In this document: positions 24,141 to 36,100 of the stretch, piece by piece
How positions within the stretch are numbered: the stretch's first letter is position 1
Layout: every line of letters starts with the position of its first letter
Source: Dimorphilus gyrociliatus
Lineage: Eukaryota; Animalia; Annelida
Direction of reading: 5' to 3'
DNA length: 64,000 nt
Assembly (NCBI GenBank): GCA_904063045.1
Contig: CAJFCJ010000010.1
Span: 310,001 to 374,000 of the forward strand
The notes under the pieces: model-generated
What the model was told of the DNA's origin: nothing
The model's database searches: none
The model's input: only the letters and a program-made list of their open reading frames with translations
Made by a program: the position numbers and the translations under genes

Positions 24141-25112
24141 CGTAATTAAATGATGTGACGCTTTTTAATTTCAATTCTTTTCTTGGGTTCTAAAACAGCA
24201 TCCAATTCTTCATCTTGTCAGTTTCGTTTCTATCATTTTTACTCTACTGTTTGCAAAAGAAATAAATAAAAATTAAGATAATGTTCATATAAAACAAGGG
24301 AGAAATTGATTTGTAGAAATTATGGAGATGATAAAACGTAAATCCGTTAAATAAGGGTATAAGAAGTAACGTACCTTGGGAGAGATTTTATCTATAAGCC
24401 CCCTTGGTAAGCAATTGGTTTATGGAGAAAGTAGCGTTCCTTATCTTTTCTTGCAATCAAATCCAACAAAAAAAAAGGAAAAAACTGCTCGGGTGCTGTG
24501 AACGAAACGTGTCGCGACGTTAATCGACAGCGACAACTCGTGCGGTGAGCTATATTCGTACAATACGTTGCCGAAGTGTGAAAGCCCAACGTTCATTGGA
24601 CGGCCAAAGTGAGACTCATGAATATTAATTGTTAACATCGTAATTATTGCCGGCGTTCTCAACGGGGGGGCAGGTTCCTTCTTCTATGTCCTTTGTGTTT
24701 TTACCATATTAGTAATATAAGGAATATATACAAATAATAAAAATTTACGTGGTTTTACATTTCTAAAGGAAAAACAGTCTAGCTAGCGTCAAATTAAATT
24801 GTAATTTTCAGTTTCCGACATGTAATTTTCTCTGAAAGTTGCTCTCCATGGCGTTGGAATAATAAAGGTATATAGGCTTAGAAATTTTTCAACGACTATT
24901 CAACGCCACAACGGGGTGTCGTATTCGATTTGTGAATGTCTGCTGAACTTTGTATAAGCTTGTTTATTTATTTGTCTTGGTTTATTTATCTCTACTATAT
25001 AGTATATTTTACAGATTACATTTCTTTTTTATTATTATTAAGTCTATCTTTTCAAGACATTCAATCAATCAATTTCATTCCTTTCCTCCCCCCTCTTCTA
25101 CCTACCTATCTA

Positions 25113-25148
<36 letters not shown>

Positions 25149-25638
25149 TATATATATCTTTATATGTCTTAACCAACTTTTCACTTTATCCCTATCCCCA
25201 TTCCTTTACTCTAATTAATATCTTTATAAGTTATTGATTTTTCCCATTCCTTTCTAAATTAATTATCATGTAAGTTCTATTAAGATCTTATTAAACATAA
25301 GCTCACTGTACAATATTCTTCCATAATATAATATAATAAGGTGTGAAATTTGTCAAAAGAGGGGTTGGGGTGTGGGAGTGAATAGGAAGGCTAAGTAGGT
25401 CTTTATTGAATAGTTTTTGCTGATGCACAAATTGTCTAAAGATATCATATCTACAACATTTTAACAGAGAGAGTATTGTAGATGCACCGCTTCTATTGCA
25501 GTACTACTACTACTAATGCAGATGCAAACTATAAACCTACAAACTAGCCGTAAAGTGTAACCCGAAACCACCTACCAGCAGTCTAAAAGTAGAACTGTTT
25601 CGGACCAGCATTTAGTCGAGAATTTTTGAGCGAAGGAG

Positions 25639-26655
25639 ATGGCTAGCGGTCAAGTAATACAAGTCCGCCTGAGACGTAATGATACATCACAAGTTTGGGG
25701 ATTTAGAATGAAAGGAGGAGCTGAGAATGGGATGCCTTTGTTCATTGAACACGTTGCTCCTAACGGTAGAGGTGGTAAGGCTGGTTTATCAGCTGGTGAC
25801 GTGATTCTTTCAATTTGCAATGTTCCGGCGCAACATATGACACATATGCAGGCCAAACAGGAGATGCTTAGAGCCGGAAACGAATTGGATTTTGTCGTTG
25901 CCAAGTAAGCGAAGGAGATATTTTCTCTTTCCTTTCAATAATTTTCCATATTTTTCTATATTAATATATAAATAAAAAAGATGATTAAGGACCAATTTTT
26001 TTTCCTTATGAATCATACGCTGTATTTAGTAACATTGCTAATATTTCTTTTTTCCAATAGAGGTGCAATGAGTCAAGCTGGATCGGCTGCAGCCCAGGCG
26101 CAAGAACCTGAACAACGTGTGGAAATTGTAGAAGAATCTCATATTAAACTTGGAGGGCCGACTTTCAAAAATATTAAACCAAAAACCTATCAAATCTTGG
26201 AAGAAGAGATGCAATCTGGAAGAATGGTGAGAAAATCACCACCGGTCGAAGGTTTTTATTTTTCTAGATCAGCCATAAATTTATTTCTATCAAAACATGT
26301 AGGCTTAATTAGTGCCAACCTTAGTATAAACTTGAAAAGTTCTCTCGTCAATAGGCCGATAAATAGGTATAAACTAGTAACTTATCGTAGTATTAGATTG
26401 TTTATTTATACAATTGTTTAGCTATAAAACTAAACAAAAGATAAAACCCCATAAGCTACTTTTGTTAAAGGATCAATCAAGCATAAAATATTTCTTATTC
26501 TATCTTTCGATTACGAAAATAACTTATTTTTTTTTTATTTGTTTTAAACAGGACAAAGGCCTGCGTCGATATTTGATAGGAAAAAGGAAGAAAGATCCGA
26601 CTATCTTAATGCTAAAGGAAAGTCTATTCAAAGAGCTTTTGGTGAAAGGCATTAG
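25639..26655 (+). CDS. Small PDZ protein of the Zasp/ALP/Enigma type with a ZM-like motif and no LIM domains; last-exon frame ambiguous
   Basis: Exon 1 (25639-25904) has the PDZ VRLRR.DTSQVWGFRMKGGAENGMPLFIEHV.PNG.GGKAGL.AGDVIL. Exon 2 starts at 26061 (KPKTYQILEEEM). Exon 3 starts at 26552. The preferred model uses donor 26251 and ends QRPASIFDRKKEERSDYLNAKGKSIQRAFGERH*. Confidence 0.75.
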
Positions 26656-27167
26656 AAAATATCTCTTAATAATATTTTAAATAACTTCCTAATTGTTTCT
26701 TTTTTTTCAATTATTCTATAAAAAAGAGAGTGAAATTTTAACCGGAAATAGTATGCTCATATAATAGATTTTGATTTTGAATATTAATATTTGAATGAAT
26801 AGTAAAAAAAACGAGAACAAATCAGTTTTAAAAAATTCGAATAGTGTTTTTTTTAGATTTCTTTTTTTTTTTTTAAAAAAAAAGAAGATTATTCAATTCT
26901 TTTTTTTCTTGTTGGTCTTTCTATAGAAAAACAGTTAGAGCTATTTTTCTCGATTTCTTATGTTTTTTTAGTATTTTTTTAAAAAAAAAATATGATTATT
27001 AATGTATACTGAATAGTTTTATTTTTAACTTAGTTACCAGTGGCGACATCTATACGACATATTTTTTTTAATTCATGAATACTACTTTTTGTTTTAAAAC
27101 AATTAACTCAAGGAATAGTTAGGTTTTATAGCAATAGATTTTTTTATTAAAAAAAAGGGGATTTTTT

Positions 27168-30100
27168 TTATACGTTGAACTGTTGAATTTTTCTTTTTGA
27201 ATTTGCAAAAGTTTTGTTTAAAACGTTTATCTTGTCGTCTTTTATAGAGTTGTTTTGTATTGAGAGTATTCTTAAAGATGGTAACTTTTCAAGGTTCTCC
27301 ATCAGTTCCATAGCAGTTACATATCCAAAATTACAGCTACCAGCCTCTAATTTAACTAATTTCTTATTAAAGTTCGTAATTGTCCTAAAGAGGACACTTG
27401 CTCCTTCGTCGTTTACTTCGTTACCGTTAAATGATAATTTTCTCATATCTGGAATATTTTTAAGCATTTCCGCCATGGAAATGGCTCCCTTAATACCAAA
27501 ATTACAGCAACTTGCGTATAGCTCTTTTAAATTACGATTTGATTTTGATAGGATGCTAAAAAGCTTTGCTGCTCCCTTGTCATTAATCTTATTGTTACTA
27601 AGATTAATGATTTTTAGTTGTTTTAAATTCTGGACAATTTCTGCTAATTGTTTTACTCCTTCGGTTGAAATTTGGCAACCATCAACGTAAAGTTCGCAAA
27701 GTTTATTCTCAGTTTTTAATACTGACGAAAATATTGATGAAGAACCTCTATCCCCAATGAAGTTATTATTAAAGGCTAATCTCTTCAAATTTGGTAAGTT
27801 CTTAAGAGTTTTTGCCAATTGTAATGCGGCTTCCACAGTAAAATCGCATTCTCTGACAGCTAATGTATTCAATTTAGTGTTTGTCTGAGATATGGACACA
27901 AATAAAGCAGTTGCTCCAGTGTCTTTGATCGAATTAGAGGATATGTCAAATACTTCTAAATAGGGAATATTTCTCAAGGCTTTAGCTAATTCCACTGCTC
28001 CGTGAGCATCAATTTGACAAGAATTCATTATTAAATCAGTTAACAAATGATTATATTTCAATATGGATGAAAATATATGGGTTGCTCCTTCGTCCATAAT
28101 GGGGTTATCATTCAGTCGAATTTCTCTTAAATCTGGCATTTTACCAAGGGATTTCGATAATTCGTAAGCGGCTGAAAATCCAAGATTACAATGATTTAAA
28201 TATAAAGCTTCCATATTTCTACTACGACTAGATATCGAGGAAAGAATGGAACAGGATGAATCTTCATCAAAACAATTATTATCAATAGATAAAACTTTAA
28301 GATACGCCAGCTGTTTTAATGATTCTGCTAATTTAAATCCACCATTAAGTCCAATTTTACAGGACGATGCGTAAAGTTCTTCCAAATACTTGTTGTTATT
28401 AGAGAAAACTTGAAAAATTTCGAATGAACCTTCATTTCTAATGGAATTATCATTTATAGAAAGAATTCTTAATTTTGGTGATTTCTTTAGAGCACCTGCC
28501 AGACTTTTTGCACCTGCTACTTCAATTCCGCAATTTACTATTCTTAATTCTTCCAATTTATTGCTATTATTATTCGAAATTGAATTGAACACCCCTATCG
28601 CTCCGTCATTTTCTATAAAATTATTACTTATATTAAGTATTTTTAATTTCGAAAGATTCTTTAAAATTTTGCCTAAACTCTTAGCTCCGTAATGGCCAAA
28701 ATTGCATTTTGCCACATTCAGCTCTTCTAAGTTTATATTCCATACTGATAAGGATTTGAATAAATTCTCGGCTCCCTGATCTGTTAGACTATTATCGTTT
28801 AATGATAATACCCTTAAATTACGTAGTTTTATCATTGCTTCATTTAGGTCAGTCACACCAGCAAATTCGATGTTACAATTATTTAAGCATAATTCTTCTA
28901 ATCTTTGATTCCATTCGATAATTGTTTGCGATAATAATTTAATTCCCAAATTTAAGATTGGATTATGATTTAATACAAGAATCTTTAATTCTGACAGATT
29001 TTTCAAAGCGTAAACTAAATCTTGGACATCGTTCGCTTGCATATTAGTATTTTCTAAATATAATTTTTCTATTCGATGATTAACTAACTGAATAGCTTGA
29101 TAGACCAAATGATGATGACTAAGACGATTATCACTTAAGTATAACTCTTTCAAATCTGGTATGACCATTAACACTTTTACCACATCCGTAATAGCTAGAC
29201 ACTCCGATTCCAGTTTGTATAGGACTAACTCTTTTAGCTTGCTTTTGCCTTCAACAATACTCGATAATATTGTCTTTATACCATTCTCTTTAATTGGATT
29301 TGATTCAAAGCGTAAAATTTCCAATTTTTTAAGGTGACTAACAGCTTCTGCTAATTTTAAAGCCCCCTTTGCAGTATATCCACAATTAGCAACCAAAACG
29401 TGACGTAAATTTACCGAGTCTTTAGGTATTTCACTAAATAATTCAACTATCCCAGCGTCATTTACTAGATTTCCATTAAGAGATAGAAAGGTTAAATTTT
29501 TTAAGACTTTTAGTGATTTAGCTAAATCATTAATCGATTTTTCAGTAAAACTGCAATAATTAGCATTTAAGTGAGTTAATTTGGTGTTTTTCTTGGAAAA
29601 GGAGGAGAAAAACTTTTGTGCACCCTCATCATAGATAAAATTAGCTTGAATATCAATTTCTTCCAGGAATGTTAAATTTTGTAACGCAACTGCAAATTCC
29701 GCAATGCCATCTATGCCGATACTGCAATTACTCATTTGGATTACTCGTAGTTTATGATTGTATTTTGAGATTGCACTAAAAATGGCTTTTGTACCACGAT
29801 TTTCCAACCGATTATTGCTTAAACAAAGTTGATTTAAATCTGTAAAATTTTCCAATAGTTTTGAGATTTCAATTGCAGCTTTTGAACTGAAACTGCAATC
29901 TTTAGCATAAATCTCTTGTAATTTCTCATGATTCGATGCCAAAATATCGAAAATCGAAATAATTCCTTCGTCTTTTATACGATTTTGATTGATGTTTAAT
30001 ATTTTTAATTCTTTTAAATGACTAAGACATTTGGATAATTCGATTGCGCCTAGTTTGCCAAAATTACAGTTTTCCAAATATAGCTTTTCCAAGTGTTTTG

Positions 30101-33100
30101 GAGAAATTTTAGTAAATATTGCAATAATACCATCGTCTTTAATTGGATTATCCGATAAATTCAACTCTGAAAGATTAGTAAAGTACTTTAAAGAAGAGAC
30201 CAAATGTCTCGCTCCCAAAGAACCGAAAGATGAGTCATTTAAGATTAATTTCTGTAAGATAGCTTCGCTTGAAAGATTGTAGCTTATCATATTTATTCCA
30301 TCATTTTCCAGCCTATTTGAACCTATAACTAGATTCCTCAAGTATTTTAATTTTTGGAGAATGTCACTTAACCTTCTAATTCCGTTTTTGGTAAGAGCAC
30401 AATTATAAACATCCAAATGGGACAATTTATTGTTTGCCACCAATAGACTTTCAATTACTGCCTTTAATCCTTCATCTTTAATAGGATTATTACAGCAAAC
30501 TAGCTTTGTTAAATTTGGAAGGCTTCTTAAAGTTTTAGCCAATTTTATTGCTGTCGAACATCCGAACTGACATCCATCTAGACTAATCTCTGATAACTTA
30601 TTATTAAAATCGTAGAAGACTTTAAAGATTTTATAGGCTCCTTCGTCTTTGATGAGGTTATTATTTAAGTTTAAAATCCTCAATTCTGGTAAATTTTTTA
30701 ATGTAGAAGATAAAGATTTCGCTGCAGCAAGTCCAAAAGAGCAGTTACCAATCTCTAATTCTTCTAATTTTAGATTACTTTCAGATATGGTATTAAATAT
30801 AGCCTTCGCTCCTTCCTCCTTGATACTATTATTATTCAGGTTAAGTCTTTTCAAATTTTGAAAATTTTTAAGTGTATCACCTAATTTAATTGCCTCGTTA
30901 ACTTCCAGATGGCAATCTTCTAAAGAGAGGAGTATAATTTTCTCCGAGTAAATGGAAGAGAAAACCTTATTCGCCACCTCTTCCATTAAATAATTTGAAT
31001 CGAAATTAATGGCTACTAAATCAATCAAATTCATTAGCATCTTTGACAATTCATCGGCCTTTGTAGAATTTAAATTACAATGTCTTAAAGATATCTCTTG
31101 TAAATTCGTATTGAATTGAGAAATAATGCTAAATAAACGATTAGCTTCGTTATCCTCGAATAGGACATTATGGAATATTATTCGATGAAGATTGGGTAAA
31201 GCTTTTAGCGTATTTACTATTTTTTTTATAATGTGACTATTAAGCTGGCAATTAGTTAGGTTTAAAGAGTCTAAATCTATACCCGTTTCTTCTATTTCAT
31301 CCAATATTAACTTTACAACTTGGTATGGTATACAGTTCCCTCCAAAATCCAAAAAGGAAAGTCTGGGTAGCTTCTTAATTACTTTACTGATTTTCTGACT
31401 GCCACACGAACTAAAATTGCAATTGCTTACATTCAACTCCACTAGCTTTTCGTTTAATTCAGATATTTTAGTAAGGAAATTAGAAATTACTTTATCTTTG
31501 AATGGATTATCGTTAATGTATAAACTGTGAAGATTAGGTAAATATTCCAATGATTTTATCAATTCTAAACCAGATTTAGGTCCAAGATTACAATTATTAA
31601 TATATAACTTTTGCATGGAATAGCTTACAGGAGATATCGATGAAAAGAAGGAGCATGCAGCAACTTCGTCCAAATGATTATCCTGAATATCTAAAGTTTC
31701 CAAAAGAGGTAGTTTTTTAATAGTCTGCCCAAGGATTATAATTCCGTTCGATCGAATACCACAATTCTTTATTAACAGATCTTTCAGGTTATGGTTTGTA
31801 TTTAGTATCCCTTGAAATATTTCAATACTTCCCTTATCAGTTAAATTGTTATTGGATAGGGAAAGGGTTTTTAATTTGGGCATTTTCCGTAGAGCCAATG
31901 ATAGTTCAGCTGCTCCAATAAGACCAAAGCCACAATTACCTATTAATAGTTCGTTTAAATTTGCATTTGAAGATGCTAAAGCTCTAAAAATGCTTACAGC
32001 TCCATCTTCTTTGATATTATTACCTTCTAAAACAAGTGTTTGTAATTTTTCAAGGTATTGAAGCGTTTCTGACAACTCAAGAGCACCAGGTGGACCAAAG
32101 AGGCTATTTTTTACGTCCAATTTGACGAGATTATGATTAAACTTTGATATAGCTCTGAATAGAGCGATTGATCCTTGATCTTTGCTCGTGTTATTGGGAA
32201 GAGACAATTCAGTTAAATTTGATAAATGTTCAAAAGAGGATGATAAACACTCAGCTCCATTAGTATTCAATCCGGTATTACCAATGTATAATGCTTTTAG
32301 AGATTTTGATTCGGAAATGACAGTCTGTAAACATTTTATACCATTTTCTCCTATTCCATTGAAATTGATAAATAAAATTCGTAAATTTGTCAAGTTTTTC
32401 AAACCATTTGCTAGTTTTGTAACGCTGTTATAACCGAAACCACAGTTTTTTAATCCTATGATTTCTACAGTACCACTTCCTATTGATAGAGCATCCGAAA
32501 TTGCAATTAAACCTTCGTCTTGTATTGGATTATCATTGCAAATAAAGTTTTTTAAAACCTTAAGTTTACTTAGAGCATCAGCAATCTTTAAAGCTCCTTT
32601 TTCCGTTATTTGGCATTTATTGATGTCCAAAGATATTAATTTCTCATTAAACTCTCCTATAACTTCAAAAAGAGATTTCGCTCCTAAATCTGTAATCGGA
32701 TTTCCATAGATGCTTAATATTTCCAACTGCGGTAAGTTTGATATAGCCTTCGATAGGGCATTTGTACCTTCCACACTAAATCCACAATTGTAGGCGTATA
32801 TTTCAGTAAGATTTTTATTAATTTTTGACACCGATCTAAATAAGTTCATTGCTCCTTCGTCTTTAATCTTTATATTCCCTATGTCAAGAAGTGATAAATT
32901 TGATAAATGAAGGAACACTTCTCCTATCTTTCTTCCTCTTGGTAGATTTGTTGATATTTTAAGAGTAGTAATAATATGAGCAAAATTTTTCAAAGCAATA
33001 ATTACGGCACTCCATTGATCTTCGGATAAATCATCCTTAAAAGTTATAGCTGTTTGATCTCCTAGAAGTTTACAAGCTTTGCCCAAGAATGGAATTTTTT

Positions 33101-36100
33101 CCAAAGTTATAGGATAGTTTATATCAGTCCACATGCTCATATTTTCAGTGATGTAATTAATTAAGGAAGAAAAATCATTTAATTGAGTATTTCCATTAAA
33201 TTTGGTTAATTCATCTAACTTGTTAACTATTCTTAAATTCGACGAATCACCAATGAGCTTTGCAAGACTCTCTAAGCCAATAATACCAAAATCACAGTTT
33301 TCTATATAAAGTTCCTCTAAATGTTTGCATTGTTTCAGAGATTTAAATACAGCGACTGCACCGTCGTCCTTAATACTGTTACCGGAAATGTTTAGAATTT
33401 TTAAGCTATTAGAAAATAGTCTAAATGACTCGGCCAATTTCTTTGCTCCAGGAATACCAAAACCACAATTGCTTACGTTAAAACTTGTTAATGCCGATGA
33501 ACATTTAGATAAGGTATTAAATATTTTTATTGCTCCATTGTCACTAATCCAATTATCCGATATGTTTAAAGCTGACAAATGTCTTTGCTTTTCAATAACA
33601 GCCAATAATTCCTGAATAGATTCTATAGTAAAATATGTATTTTGAATGTTCAATTCGGTTAAATCATCTTGAAAGTTGGATAATATCTTAAATAGGATTT
33701 TAGCTGCAATATCACCAACGAAATTGTTCGAAAATTGAAATATTTGCAAAGTTTTAAAGTTATCCAAAGATTTTGAAAAGTTAACAACTCCGTCGCTATC
33801 TAATTTGCATAATTTCAATTTGCATAATTTGTAATAATAACCATAATTGGCTATCGAAATATTCTGTTCTAATAGAAGTTTTTGCATATAATTGTTTCGT
33901 AGGAAAAAATCCAAATCGTTATTCTTGCAGAGCTGATTATTTCTAATATTCTTCATAATTTCTACTGATTTCCTGTTAATTTCAATATTTTTATCATTAC
34001 TTTTCAATAGAAATTCTAACTGTCCAATTAATTGTTGTAAAGTTATTAAATGTTCATTTTTATCGATAGAATTGAATTGTTTGTCGGATACCATACGAAT
34101 AAAGTTGATAAGACGAGAGCTCTTTTGGAAATCGTTAGTTAGTAATATACCTTTTAAATTATTAATAAATTTACATAGGTAAAATACTAATTGAAGGTAA
34201 ATTTGAATAGTATCGTATTCAACAATGTTATTATAGACTTTAATAATTCTTAATTTGTTAAATTTCTTGATAATTCCACTTAATTGATGTTTATTTTCGC
34301 TATTTTCAATGCATCCTTCCATTTCGAATGATTTTAGATTAAAATAAAGCATATTCAATGATAAATTTGTAAAACAATTCCAATCGAATTGAACGTGTTT
34401 AAACGATAATTCTTCAATCGATTTCCACCGTTGTTTTATAATAGTAATCAATAATCGATTTGAAATTTTTTTCTTATTCAATTTTAAAGCGCTCAATCCT
34501 TTTCTTTTAACTATTAAATCCTTTGATCCTATTAATTGACCCACATCTGTAATGATTCGATTATAGGCTCTTTCATCTTTATATTTGACAAAGTCCATAA
34601 CGTTTAAATAATTTCCAATAAATTCCTTTTCATTATTAAATAACGTTTGCAAATAGTTTGTAAAATTTTGTTGATTTGTAAACGAGTTAAGGCGTTTAAT
34701 AACGTAATTAGACGCAAAGAATGCTTGAATGGATGAATGAATAAATTTTATCTCGCATGTTGCGGTTGGCAATTGTAAATTATTGTTAATTATATATAAA
34801 AGGCCGTTAAAGTAATCATTTCCTTTTTCAAGCATCATTCCATCTTTACTTTGGAAGGCGTCACTTAGTATAATTCTGTCTTTATTGATTGTATCGAAAG
34901 AAATCTTTGAGAAGTATTTGAAAACGGATTTAAATTCATTTGAAGTTGTATCGACTCTATTCTTTTTGCATATGATTTGAATAAACTGCTCGTAAATTGA
35001 GAATTTATTTTCCGGTAGTGTTCCTTCCTTTTCCTTCCATATTTTGCTAATTAAAAATCCAAACAACGGAGTTGAATAAAATGATGGATCGATCTTTTTT
35101 AGTTGTATATATTCAATAATTTCGGCTCCTCTGTTTTCTTCCAGCTGAAGATTTAAATAATTTTCTAATTGGCTATCGTGAAAGCCGTTTAATTGGAAAA
35201 CTGCATCGAAATTGTCTCTTATTTGTACGGCTCTCCATTCTCTAGACCAAACAACTATTGGAAATGGAAAATCCTTCCCTTCAATTAAATCGTAAATCTC
35301 ATTATCGACTAACTGAAATTGATCAGCGCTATCTAAAAATAAAATAATATTTCTAGACGCTCTCGTATTAGACGCTTTTTCATTTAATAAATGTATCATT
35401 ATTTCTTTAGTTAGCCAGGGAACTTGTGAAAAATTTTGCTCCCAAATAGCGTCCATTAAACTTTGTTTTTTGGTAATTTTGTCTAATGATAGGTGAAGAA
35501 TCATTTCAATTCTAATCATATGATACGCACGACGAACCCACAGCATAATTAAGCTATAAGCGTGTATTGTTTTGCCCATTCCCGGCGGGCCTTGTATAAG
35601 AATTCTTTTATAATCATCCTTTAAGACAGATACTATGTAATTACTATCATCAAAACCATCAATAATTTCCTGTTGATTGCCAACAGTCTTTAATCCAATA
35701 ATTGTCATAGGAATGGATAAATCCTCTATCGATTGAGTGTCTTTTTCGAATAGCGAAGTTGATACAATTGAAAACTTCTTTTTGGCATTTTCAGTAATAG
35801 CTTCGGCGGCGTTTAGCCAAGTTCCGTTGATTAGATTGGCCAAGTTTTTATATTCAAAATTTCTTATCGACGATAAAGAATCCGTAACTTCTAGAGTTTC
35901 CAAATATAGAAGTTTTTGAAAGAGTACATTAAAGCAATGTAAATTGAGAAATGTTGACGTATCGACATTTCTTTGAATTTCTTCAATAAAACTCTCCGTT
36001 AAAAATTTCCTCTCCTTTAACTCAAGTACGAATTTTAAAACGTCTTCATCGCTTAAAACTTCCCTGAACTTATCTTTATAGATGTTTATAACAGCATTCT

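Noticed and set aside
19582-25237. Phe/Ile/Tyr-rich ORFs in the track (19582, 21116, 24936, 24950 and similar elsewhere)
   Set aside because: They arise from TA microsatellites and T-rich non-coding DNA.
64-26655. Apparent cluster of polarity and cytoskeleton genes (dlg, RhoGEF, fj, Zasp-like PDZ)
   Set aside because: No shared regulatory evidence; such genes are common enough to be adjacent by chance. Synteny data would be needed.
27214-35919. Many plus-strand ORFs overlapping the NLR
   Set aside because: Antisense shadows of the repetitive LRR codons, with no independent coding signal.
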